A DNA stretch of 64,000 bases from Lama glama (taxonomy: Eukaryota). Below are positions 13,346-24,497 of the stretch, piece by piece. Both the position numbers and the translations under genes were made by a program. The notes below the pieces were generated by a model. The model was not told the DNA's origin. It worked only from the letters and a program-made list of their open reading frames with translations, and did not search any database. Location of the stretch: positions 52,950,001 through 53,014,000 of the forward strand of contig CM052816.1 of NCBI GenBank assembly GCA_028534125.1, written 5' to 3'. The first letter of the stretch is position 1. The number at the start of each line of letters is the position of its first letter.

Positions 13346-13835
13346 TTGGTTTACTAGGGAAACAAGTAGGTCGAACAGCATGGTTTTTATTTGTTCATTG
13401 AGATGTTTTCATGAGAAAACAAAGATGATGAATTAGAGCCTTGCCATGGACAAATTATACCTTCTTTTTAGGAAAGAAAATGATCAAGTTCCACACGGTG
13501 TTCTCATAGATGAAGGCAGTAAATTGAGGGTGGATGGACACCTAAGAGGATCTGGAGCTGGCTGAGCCCTTGGACTCAGAGGACAGGTAGTGGAGCCCTG
13601 TCAAGGACATGTCACTACACAATGACTGAGTTGAGATTCAGACCTAGGCAGGATGCCCCAGAGCCTACACTTAACCACTCCCTAATTTGCCTCTAGAAAG
13701 TATAAAGAAAAAGAGGCATCAAGAAGAAAGCCTAAAGTCCTCTGATTCCACAACTCATGGACAACAACGGTCATCATTTTGGTAAACATATTTCCAGACC
13801 CTTTTTGATCCAAAGCTTACCTGCAGCTGATCTAA

Positions 13836-14138
13836 GTTTTCCTTCCTCTTCAATATTTTGGAAAAGCTTCAGAAGGCTAGGTGTTAACGCTTCTCTAAAT
13901 GTTTGGTGGCATTCATCTGTGAAGCTGTCTGGCCATGGGCTTTTGCTTGTTGGGAGTTTTTAAATTACTGATTCAATTTCAGTACCTATAACTGGTCTGT
14001 TCGTATTTCCTATTTCTTCCTGGTTCAGTCTTGGGAGATTGTACCTTTCTAAGAATTTGTCCATTTCTTCTAGATTGTCCATTTTATCGGCATATAGTTT
14101 CTCATAATTGTCTCTTATGGTCCTTTGTATTTCTGTGG
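13836..14138 (-). mobile_element. Internal L1 ORF2 fragment flanked by 14-bp direct repeats
   Basis: Minus strand translates [42 protein letters not shown]...[35 protein letters not shown] (L1 ORF2p just upstream of/into RT); TGCAGCTGATCTAA at 13822-13835 and 14139-14152. Confidence 0.9.
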
Positions 14139-14299
14139 TGCAGCTGATCTAATTTTTGGCAGAATGTCTTGTGATGCTGTTGGAACATGAGGAACCACTG
14201 CAAGGCCATTTCTCACTTGCCTACATCTCTTTCCGGAAGGGTACCATGAGACTGTTTCTCATCATTTCTTAGGTTCTGAGGAGGTATGAGGTTTTTCTG

Positions 14300-15030
14300 C
14301 CTTACCCTCTGCAATGCAATTATGATGCTAACCACCCAGAGTTAGGTCAAATTCCACAGGTTAAGAACACAGTCCCCACAAGACTGTTCTCACTTCAGAC
14401 ACTAGCCATTAGCTCAGGGATTCTCAGCCATCCACACTTCTGACCAACTAACTACAAATTCATGTGTTGCCATTGTCCCCTCAAGTTTGGTAATTCACTA
14501 GCACAACTCACAGAACTCAGGAAAGCACTAGACTTATGATTACAGTTTTATTATAAAGGATAAATCAGGACCAGCAAACTGAAGAGACACAAAAGGCAAG
14601 TTCTGGGAAGGTCCCAAATATGAAGCTTCCATATCTTTAGGCTGTGTAACCCTCCCACACATCCATGTATGATTACCAATAGGAAAGCTCACCTAAGCCC
14701 CACCTAAGTTTTTATTGGGGTTTCTTTATGCAGGAAGGATTGATTTACTTACTAGCCAAATGGTTGACTCAATCTCTAGTCCCACTATCCTTCCCAGAGG
14801 TTGGGGCTGATATTACCTGGCTCAAAGCCCCAGTACTCTACTTAGTGGTTGGTTTTTCTGGCATGACTAGCCCCCATCCTGAGTCATCTCATTAGCAAAA
14901 AAAACCCAGGTAAGGTCGAAGGTACCCTCCATGAATAACAGACAATGGTCCCTGGGGAAATTCCAAGGATTTAGCGGTTACCTCCTAGGAACCAGGAATA
15001 TATGTCAGCTGTAGTCTTTATTACATAATG
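14300..15030. mobile_element. MER21-like solo LTR, apparently lying within other LTR-like sequence
   Basis: ctaaccacccagagttagg...ccacaggttaag...cagaactcaggaaagcact...cagttttattataaaggata resembles MER21. Confidence 0.65.
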
Positions 15031-15569
15031 CCACCCGTCCTTAGCACACCACTGCAGGCTATAAAGCTACTTAGCAGCAGCATGTAATCAGCTCCTCAGC
15101 AACAAGGTATCCCATAACTTACGTTGCATTGTCATCCAGTCCCTTTTGTTTCTGTGTTGTCCTCTGGGGCCAGGGACATCAGGACCTGGCACCTTTGCTG
15201 TTCTTGCTTTTGCTATCTGTATAAGTAATCAACTATCTGAATTTTAAAAGGGCTTGTTGTTTCTTTACGAGCCAAATATGTTAGCCTTGCTTAACGTATC
15301 ATGTATCGAGATAAGAAAATCCCAAGAGGACACGTATGGGGAATTAAGGTGTTTAATTTGCTACAGCCATTTTGATTTTTAAGGACATTACAATGGAGCT
15401 GTTCAGTAGGCTGGATGTGAGATCAGAGCATGGAGGGTAGAGGAGAAAGTAGGCTGTGCAATGCCAATGACTGACACCAGAGAAGAGGATGAGTTCTCTG
15501 AAGGAGACAGCTAATGGGAAGGATGACTTTGATATGAGCTCAGGCTTAAGTAGTCATGAGATCTTTGAA

Positions 15570-16030
15570 TAAAAGAATAACTTTAAGGGTCTTATATCCA
15601 ATCTCTTACTTGATACAAGCATCTCTTCTACATCATCCCAACAATTGGTCATATAGCCAGTTTATACTTTAATAGACATAATGAGGAAGCAATAGGCCAG
15701 TTATTCTTAGGGCAACTAATTCTACTGATGTAGATCTGATTATTGTTGCATTCTTTCTCATATTGAGCTGACACTTGCCTTTTAATAAATTTTACCCTTG
15801 ATCCTTTACTATCTCATGGAACACATATTCACACAATTACGTATTCTTTGGGACAGACATGCTGTGAAGACAGCCATCATGTCTCCCCTTGGTTTTGTCT
15901 TCAGCAAGTTAAACATGTGCCTTCATTCACATCTCACATGGCCTTGTCTTGGTCTTCACCACCTTGGTTATCTTGCTGTTTCATCAGCATCTTCCTTAAA
16001 ATAGAATATCCAGATATTGTTGCATCAGTG
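15570..16030 (-). mobile_element. L3/CR1 3' region remnant
   Basis: ctcttctacatcatccca...ttctttctcatattgagctga...gaagacagccatcatgtctccccttgg...cttcagcaagttaaaca. Confidence 0.6.
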
Positions 16031-16199
16031 AAGAGTACAGTGAAATAACTATTTCCTATAAAATATTACTTCAATTTCTTCTCTTTCTGTAAATGTATTT
16101 TTAAACTTAGAGTCTTACTCAAAAAAGGATATGATGGAGATAGGAAAATAAAGTTTATATTACTGTCTGATCCTGTCCTCCTACAATTAAGTTTTAACA

Positions 16200-16690
16200 T
16201 ATTTGTGTGTTTTTTTAAATAATTGATTTGTATTACCAAAATAATACGTGTTTGTGGGGGAAAAAAGTCAAACAATACAAATGGTATTAGGGAAAAATTT
16301 TTTAAAATGCCCCTAATTCTCAAATTTATAATCCCACTCCTTAAAGGTAACCACAATTTAGTTTACTGTATTTACCCAGAATTGTTTTTATATTAGGCAT
16401 CTTTCCTTATCAGAACTATGGATCTATCTCATTCTTTTAAAAAGCTGCATAGGATTTTATTATACTGTTATACTTTCTTTTATTTACCAGTCCCCTATTG
16501 ATGGACATAGATGCTGCTTCCTCTCCTTTTTTCATTTTATAGCAATACAATCAATTTTTGTATGTGTTCCTTTGAATACTTGAGAAAGCATATGTGTAGG
16601 ATAATTTCTTTGAAGTAGAACTGCTGTGTCAAAATTTACATATATCTTCAAGGGTACAGCGATTTACACTCCTGCTGGCAATGTAAGGTA
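16200..16690 (-). mobile_element. Old L1ME fragment
   Basis: cattcttttaaaaagctgcatagga...ccagtcccctattgatggacat...gaagtagaactgctgtgtcaaa. Confidence 0.6.
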
Positions 16691-16693
16691 GTA

Positions 16694-16885
16694 CCACGGC
16701 CCCTTGATCAATGCTGGCTTGAACTGCAAGGTCCACTACACCAGGATTTTATAGCACTATGTAATTGGTGGTTGGTTGAATGGGAGAAGCAGGGGCAGGG
16801 ACGTAAATTTATACTCCGATTTTTTTGTGTTTCCCACTGGGCTGAGAATCAGTGCCCGACCCCCATGTTGCTCAAGGACCAACTG
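16694..16885 (+). mobile_element. Tigger2-derived MITE (TcMar)
   Basis: cccttgatcaatgctggcttgaactgcaaggtccact start; ends ...ctcaaggaccaactg followed by TA. Confidence 0.7.
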
Positions 16886-16957
16886 TACTTGTTTTTCCAT
16901 ATGCCAAACTTTAAAATAATTGTTCATCTAACAGCTGATAAATAGAACCTGGTTTGG

Positions 16958-17415
16958 GCTGGATACCTTCAGTTTGCCCCCCACCCCATGCACCCTGCAC
17001 TCTTCTCCCTGCCCTTTGCATAGACTACATCACTGGACTCCTGTGCCCTCTAGCTTCCCATATGTCAGGTTTAGAAGGAGGGACACCAGTAGAAGATGGG
17101 GTGGGGAAGGGAGGGACTAGGTATTATTGATGAAGTCGAGATATTTATTTCTTGTGCTCTCTCCTTGTGGGGACTCTGGGCTGGCTGTGACCCTAAAGCC
17201 AAGGATCCAGCTCCTGTCCACACAATCTTCTCTGTCTCCAGTTTCTAGCCACTGCTTTCTACTCGTCTTTCAGGCATAGAAGTGTAGTCTCCCCTGCTAA
17301 GCCAGATACTGTCCTCTCTCTTAGAGCTTCCTGTACCCTGCCCCACCTTTGTAAGTAGTATCTTTATTAAGCATGCCTCAGGGTATCTAATTTGAATGTT
17401 CTGTTTCCTGCCAGT
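16958..17415 (+). mobile_element. LTR33-like ERVL solo LTR
   Basis: tttgcccc...gactacatcactggactcctgtgccctctagcttccc...tttattaa...tctgtttcctgccag. Confidence 0.7.
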
Positions 17416-17621
17416 TCTTTTTTCTGGGAGTTCAGCCAGGAGAGATTCCCCAGAATGTTCAGGAGGTATCTCTCAAGAGATGCAATCTGAGCATAGACCT
17501 GAATGACGAGGAGCAGTGTGAAGATCTTAGGCATATGTGTTCCAGGTGGCAAAGGCCCTGCATTTGGAACAAGCTGATCACAGTTGAAGAGCAGCAGGAA
17601 TACCAGAGTGGCCTTGGGCCA

Positions 17622-18195
17622 TGTGGCAAATATGTGGTTTGCTAGCCCAAGAGCTATTGCCTCTTATTCCTCGCTGAGAGGGCTCTAATTTTGTTCAGGC
17701 CCAATATGAAGACTCAAGAAATGAACCACCATTACTCTAAGCAGATCATGAAACTTCTGTTCCAAAGTGTCAGTGATTCATTTAGGGATGGGCATGTCAC
17801 CCAGTTCTGGCCAATGAGACATGAGAGGGAATTTTCTGGGGGCCTCTTCAGAGTTTTTCTTCCTGATAAGAAACAGGCATGAAGGAGAAAATTCCTGTTT
17901 CTTTCCCTCTCTTCCTGCTTTAGATGCTCTTTGTGAGAATATGATGCCTGGAAATGTAACAGTCTTTTAACAACCATGAGACAAAGGGCCAGTTATTAAA
18001 AAAACAACATATGAAGATTGCAAAGTGAAAGGCTGGAAACAGCCTGGACCCTAATGATACCTTGGACCTTGCAATCCAACTGTAGGGCCACCTACCTTCA
18101 GACTTCTTGTTAAGTAGGCAAATAAAAAACTTATAACTTAAGTTACCATAAGGTGGGGGTTTCTGTTTCTTGTAGTTGACACATAACTCACACTG
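17622..18195 (+). mobile_element. MLT1 (MaLR) solo LTR
   Basis: gggcatgtcacccagttctggccaatgagac...cttcagacttcttgttaagt...gggtttctgtttcttgtagttga. Confidence 0.75.
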
Positions 18196-18346
18196 TGGCA
18201 AGAGAGGGAGTGAGGAATGGTAACAAAGGTAAGAGAAGTGGGCAGGGGCCTACCATACAGTGCCTATTAGCCAATACATGGAGCTTGAATTTTATTCTGA
18301 GAATAGAGATTTTAGCAGATGAGCCAATCAATACAGGCATATAATA

Positions 18347-18425
18347 CAGATAGATCGATTGATCTGTCTATCTGTCTATGTATCTATCTGTCTGTCTGTC
18401 TATTTATCTATCTATATCTATATAC
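18347..18425 (+). repeat. Degenerate (TCTA/TCTG)n simple repeat
   Basis: tctgtctatctgtctatgtatctatctgtctgtc... Confidence 0.8.
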
Positions 18426-21407
18426 ATATTTATCATGTATATGGTAAGAATATAATCCATTATTAGAATAACAGATACTGAGTAAAGGTAGATTTACCAT
18501 TTCCATTTTAATTTTTAGAGAAATTATTATTTAGAACCAGGTAAAAAGAAATAAAATTCTCATGGATAATTCATGAACTATCTTGGCCAAAACTCCCAAA
18601 TGTGAGAATCTTTATGAATGTCTGACCTCTTATGCTTGGAAGAACCCTTAACACAGTTTCTAGAAGGTGTTTGCCTGCTTTAGTCATGTCAGAGTCTTTA
18701 CTAATTATGTTCTGCTTCAGAGAGTTTGCAATTGTCACCTCAAACCCTTATCTCTCTTTGAAAGAGCCCCCAGTTTTTGCCTCAGTCTTTTCTCTTTGAA
18801 AAGAAGGCAACTTCCTTTAAGCATGGCTGTCCTAAATAGCCTGGATGGTGTTTTTCTCCGAGCTGGCACCAAGCGCATCACAAAATAAGGTAGAACATTT
18901 AAAACATTTTCCTCATGGTTGTCCCGTTTCCCCATTCAGGAGAAAGATTATTGGTTACCATGGCAATCAGCTTCCACAGCATTCCATTCTAAGGAACTGC
19001 ACAGGTAGAGCGAAAGCTAAACTTTGCGTTCTTGACTCTAGCTTTCTGCAGATCTGCATATTTGTCCAGCCTGTTCTCTGTAACTGCTGTTTAGAACAAT
19101 CAACCAACCAAGCAAAGAAAGTGCAGTTAAGCCAGATCATTTTTTTCAAAAGCACTATCACCCCTTCGCTTCTGAATGTTTTTCAAATTTACACAGTTGT
19201 ACAACGATTTTCTCACAGCACCAATGGAAAACTTTCTGGTATGTTCTTTCACATGTCTGGGATTCTATCTGTATCTCTTTATTTAGAAAACAAATAATGA
19301 ATTTACAGTAAAAATCAGAGCCAGAGATAGTTCTATGAGATCGTTTCCCATGGGCTCTATATTGTATCTTTCCTGAGGATAATTCTCTAACTTCCCATCC
19401 TCCACCATTCCCAAACCCTCTGATAAATACTGCAGATACTCAGAAGACTAAAAATTGTCCTCAAGCCATTGCCTTGGAGATGCCAAACACTTATACTCCC
19501 ACCCTTGAGACTGTTAACTACCCTGTTTCTGTTCAGAACATTAGTGGTAATAGTAAAAGAGAGTTTTAAACAGACCAAACAATTTACTGCCACCAGTAAC
19601 TGCTAGCGTGGAGGAGATGGAATAAATTTGGAGACTCAATGGGATAAATTCTATTTCCCTACAACTCTTTTGTTTCCTTCTTTTCATTACTTTTAGTCTT
19701 TGCTGATTATTTAGTTTCTTTGTAATTATGTGGCATCAGTGAGGAATCTAGAGATTTTTACAGTATGGAGAGATATGTTTTAATCTATTATTTCTACTTA
19801 TGACTTTATTTGAAGCACTGGTGATATTTTGGTAATTAAAAAGAGGGCACATAAAAAAGGAAGTTGCTATTACCTAATGTTAAGCAATTTAAAATAATAT
19901 CTGGCTTTAGCCCTCTTTCCCTAAAAGTGTTTCTATCTCCTAGATGCCTTTTCATTGAAAAGGTATTGCATGACCAATCTATGAACACCCCATTGAATAT
20001 TACCATCTCCTATTAAGGGCATGGAAGTAAACTCTGTTAACTAAAACAGATGCCTTCGCCCACAGATTCTAAAATCAGTGGGTATTCATAAACCTTGCCA
20101 CAAATTTTCAGAGCATAGTGGGAAAAGGGAACTGTTAAAAATTTGAAACTCTACTAAAGTACTTTCTGCCTCTTCCGGTAAAAGAAAATATATTACTTTC
20201 TAGGAAGCTCACTACTTTAAAAAACAAAGCAATCAGGATTGGAAATTCATGGCTAGCATCTGGGTTGCATCAGCTCAGTTTTAGAAGAAAAGATTTTAGA
20301 TGAAAAGCCATGTAGAATGATTCTCTGACTCCTTTGAAAATTGTATTGGAATCATTTCAAGGGAAGAGAAAGGCACTTTATTATAATTTTTTTCTGAGCA
20401 GACATTCCATGATATATAAAATGTTACAAAGTTTTATTTATTCCTTGGGGTACGTGAACATATGTATTCCCTTATATACTAATCCCACATAAGCTAGAAA
20501 AAAATTGACCAATAACTGGCAGAATTTGCTAGATTAAGTGCAGAGGCTGAAATTAAATAATCACAGAAACTTTGGATAATTATATCACAGTGCACCATTC
20601 TATTTATATAGAAAAAAAAGTTGCTCTCAATTGTCAGTTGACAAAAGAGCAGTCAAGAAGAGACCATGTAGCTTTGAAAAGCAGAAATGCTAACGAAGGG
20701 TCAGCATTCTCAAAGCAGGGAGGTAGCTAACACGCTGTTTTGACAGTTGTGTAAAGATGAGGAGAAAAAATGATTGTGAACCAGAGAAAGTCATGATGAA
20801 AGGGCAGGACAAAGTGTTTGAAAATAGTGAAGTGGGAGCTTTCATTAACATGGATAGAAAGAGCAGGAAAGAGAGAAAAGTGATTTCCTTTAGATAGGAA
20901 ATGGTTTGTACAGCGATTTTAGTTGAGTAATAATTTGTATTTTAATTTGCAATGGCCAAGGGATGACTTTATTTGAAGAATGATAATTTTATTGGTTTAA
21001 TATTTTATACATATGTAAGAAGCTCCAATTATCTGAAATATAAATTAGTACAAGTGTCTATTAATATAATAATATATATTAGACAAATTGGCAAGCAGGG
21101 GTTTGCTTTTGATCAACCTTTGTTATAACCTTAATAAAAACTATTAATACTTCAAACTGTAAGCAAGATCATGATTTTATAATGTGAAGATAACAGAAAG
21201 TCTGATTTAGTTGCAATTTGGCTGATTTCCTTTAGTCTTGGGATCCTAACTTTATCATGAAAGTGTAAATGCAGAAAGCAGTAAAAACAATGTTTCTTAA
21301 TTAGGACTCATGTGAGTAGTTTAATACTAAAAATGTTTTTTTAAAAAACTACACGTGGTATAAATTCTGTAGAGTTTTCACTTCCTTTATTTAAACTGCA
21401 TTGATAT

Positions 21408-21417
21408 CTATTTATAG
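21408..21417. promoter_or_regulatory. Consensus MEF2 site ~1.3 kb upstream of HOMER1 promoter
   Basis: CTATTTATAG matches CTA(A/T)4TAG; E-box CACGTG nearby at 21352-21357. Motif match only. Confidence 0.45.
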
Positions 21418-21436
21418 CTCTCCTAACAATTACAGT

Positions 21437-21546
21437 ATAGGTTGACAATCCTATGTCCTGGATTTTCCAGGTCATTTCAGATTCCAAATATTTTGTCTAT
21501 TGTTACATGATGTGTTTGGATTTCAGTTTGGAAAACATGGTCACTG
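21437..21546. mobile_element. MER94/MER81-like hAT-Blackjack MITE
   Basis: aggttgacaatcctatgtcctgg...tttggaaaacatggtcact termini. Confidence 0.5.
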
Positions 21547-21749
21547 AATTTATAGACTAACTCTGAAATAGCAATAGCCTTTGGCATTTTGTAGTAGTTC
21601 TATTTCTGGGCCATGATTATCAAGTTAAATCAGATCAAATCAAAGTTCATTATTTGAGTCTACCTAATAATAAACTATGAAATAATGAGGACATTTAAAA
21701 AACTTTGTAGTAACTGGCAATTTGAAGAGCATTCATAGTATGACTTACA

Positions 21750-21767
21750 GACACACACACACACACA
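21750..21767 (+). repeat. (CA)n microsatellite
   Basis: acacacacacacacaca. Confidence 0.85.
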
Positions 21768-22479
21768 AAACCGTATCTAGTAAACCTATAGATAGACGGC
21801 TACCCCTCCCTGCCATATAGGAAATGAGTAACAATATACGTAAGAGATACTGTGTTATATGTTATACAGTCAAAACTAAGGAAGACAAAAATAGTCTTAA
21901 TGCTCTTGTATTAATATTAAGAAAAAGAATTTGGTAGTCATTCTTATTTTCAATTTCCATAGACTGGAATTCATAGTCTTGATAAACCAGAAGTGAGAGG
22001 AGGATACCCTGGGATTTGCTGTGCATATGACGATAACTATGGGGGATCTAAGTCAAGACTGACTCATTATCCCACGCCAAAACATGCTGTTTTGCAACTG
22101 AAAACATTTAGATCATTTGATACCCACCATTACTATCCTTTATGTCATTATAACATTGCTCATGGCTTCACTTGAAATTCATGATTTAGGTGCCACACAC
22201 CAAAAAAAAGTTTTAGCGACTACTAAGTGCAGAATGGCATTTAATAACTTTCAAAAATTAAGGTGATTTTCCCCTCGTCTTGTTGGAAACATATCTACCA
22301 ATGTGATCAGTCTCTCCTCCCACATTTCCGCGCTAGTGGGGACTTGAGAAGCCCGGGAAAGCTGCTGCAACAGGGGTGGGAGTGGGAGATAGGATATCAC
22401 CCGCTTGACACTTCGGCACTGTTGCTATGAATGATTCACTTGTGTTTGGCACATTTGTTGCAAGGAAATCTCCTCCTGC

Positions 22480-24260
22480 CGCTCCTCTCGGGCTGTCTCC
22501 TGCGCTTTGGCCTTTAAGGAGAAGCGAGAGCAGGTGGGCACAGAGGAGCTCGCCGAGTCCTCCTCCCCCTACTCCTTCCCTAATTTAGCAGTACTTCCGG
22601 CCGCGTGACATCATCCCCCGCACCCCGGTGACGTGAACGGCGGGTGACGTGTGTGCGGAGAGGAGCGCGCTGACGTTGCTATTTAAAGGTCCTCCTGCGG
22701 GGAGGATGGAGACACAGCGGGAGCACCTGGAGTGGGGCGCGGAGGAGGCTGTGGCGGCCGGGAGCGGGGCCAGGAGCCAGCAGAGGAGCAGAGCGCACGG
22801 CCTGCCCGCCGCCGGCCACTAGGGGAGGGGGGAAAGACAGGAAGGACGGACCGCCGGACCCGCCGGCCGGCCTAGCTCCCCACGAGGGCCAGCTCGACCC
22901 CCGACCACCAGCCTCCCCGCCGCCCTCTCGGCTGCCGCCTCCTCCCGCTGTCTGCAGGGCCCCATCGGGCCCTCGGGACCGGCCCGCGCCCCAGCCCCCG
23001 GCGCCCGGCCGCGTCCCCGCGGCAGCAGCCGCCTCACGCCCCCTCCCGTGAGCAGGGGGAGGGACCGCTCTGCTCCCCGTTCTCCCCGCCCCCTCCCCCG
23101 CCCCCCGCAGCCCACTCTGCTGCCGCGCTTGCCTCTCACGGGCGGCGCTGACCCGGGAAGCGGCGCCCTCCGCTCTGCTAGCGGCCGGTGGAGGCGGAGG
23201 CAGCGGCGGGCTTCGGGCCGCCCCGGCCGGCGCTGCTCTGCCGAGTGGGAGCTGGAGGCCGGCGGAGGCGGGCGGTGATGGAAGTGTGAGGAGGAGGCGG
23301 CGGGGCCCGGGGACTGTGAGGCGGCGCGTGGCGGCGGCGCGGAGCGGGAGAGGCGAGGAGCAGGGGTGGGGGCACTGGAGCAGCGGCTCTTCCGCGGCTT
23401 CGAGCCCCGTTCCCCTGCCCCTGACGCGGGATTAGCCGCCCGCCTTGCCTCGAGCGGGCGCCCGTCGACCCTTGATTCCCGTCCTCTGCCGCTGCTCGGC
23501 TGGCTCCGGAGCTAGGGGCAGCGTGGGGCTCGGTTCTCTGATTCATTCATTCGCCGCCGCCGGGAGCCTCAGACCTGCGGTGCTCCGAAGAGCGGAGGGA
23601 AGTTGGACAGCTGCGAATGAAGGGCCGTGCGCGAGCCGGGCTCCATTGTGCTCGGCGGCGGGGGGCGGGCAGGGGCTGAGGGAGGTGGGATCCGGCCCCC
23701 TCCCCCTGCTCCCTGGCGTGCGCTGCGCCCCCAGCCTGCTGCCAGCCTGGAAATGGCTCCGTGTATTCTCTTTGGGAGAATGAATCGATCCTGCCCAGCC
23801 TGCTCTTCCTCCTCCCCGCCTCCTCTCTGCTCCCTGTCTTAGGAGGGGAAAAAAAATTAAAAGACAGATTCCCATGTGGAGTGCCGTGCACGTCGCGAGC
23901 TGCCGGGTTTGCACTTCGAGGAGATTTTTCTACATAGCTTTTTCTAATGTAAGCGCAGGGAAGCACTGGCAGTACTGCTTTTAGGATTTTTCTTTTCTCG
24001 CAGGGATCTGTCAAGTGCTCGTCGCATTGGGTTGCACGCTCCACCCCCGGGGACCTGGTGTGGTGGAGAAATTTGAACCTGCAGCCTTAGTAGCACCGAA
24101 GAGGCCGAGTTACCTGGCTCTCCCTGAGTGTCGAGAAGGACATGAGCGAAATGACCACCGAACTCATTTTTTATAGGACTCGGTGAAGCTGGATTCTGCG
24201 TTTCCCGGCACGTAGACTCATTTTGTGGAATAGAGTCGACCGCTATCTCCTCCGCGCAGC
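22480..24260. promoter_or_regulatory. HOMER1: CpG island over HOMER1 promoter and exon 1
   Basis: Abrupt switch from AT-rich, CpG-poor DNA to very GC- and CpG-rich sequence. Confidence 0.95.
22579..22690 (+). promoter_or_regulatory. HOMER1: HOMER1 proximal promoter: ETS site, four CRE-type sites, TATA/MEF2-like box
   Basis: ACTTCCGG 22593-22600; TGACATCA 22606-22613; TGACGT at 22629, 22645 and 22671; CTATTTAAAG 22679-22688. Confidence 0.8.
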
Positions 24261-24492
24261 ATTTTCACCCTAATAAGCAAATGCCACCTCTGCTTGAACA
24301 TTTTGGTGTTTACCAGAGAGAAATCATTTTAACTAAGGGAACTAACTGAATTTTCAGCATCACTGAAATACCTCCAGAAAAGGATCTCGGGAGGTGGAAA
24401 AGCAACTGCGAAATAGCAGACGGGGAAATTCCTTTGGAAGTTATTCCGTAGCATAAGAGCAGAAACTTCAGAGCAAGTTTTCATTGGGCAAA
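22710..24492 (+). other. HOMER1: HOMER1 exon 1 5' UTR (5' boundary inferred ~25-30 nt after the TATA-like box; real TSS may be further downstream)
   Basis: GC-rich leader ending gaaacttcagagcaagttttcattgggcaaa, recognised as the sequence preceding the HOMER1 start codon. Confidence 0.7.
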
Positions 24493-24497
24493 ATGGG
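24493..24497 (+). CDS. HOMER1: Homer scaffold protein 1, first coding nucleotides (ATG GG; Met plus 2 nt of Gly); CDS continues in exon 2 beyond the window
   Basis: gcaaaATGGG|GTAAGG: strong Kozak (A at -3, G at +4), in-frame upstream TAA at 24454, canonical donor at 24498; matches recalled HOMER1 mRNA ...GGGCAAAATGGGGGAACAACC (MGEQP). Confidence 0.88.

Noticed and set aside
18845..19297. 150-aa ORF, the longest ATG ORF outside repeats, the CpG island and gaps
   Set aside because: No recognisable domain or coding-like composition; not supported as a gene
22819..24044. Cluster of 60-165 aa ORFs on both strands in the CpG island
   Set aside because: Expected from stop-codon scarcity in GC-rich DNA; G/P/R/A-rich with no homology I recognise. 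Divergent antisense transcription is possible but cannot be shown from sequence
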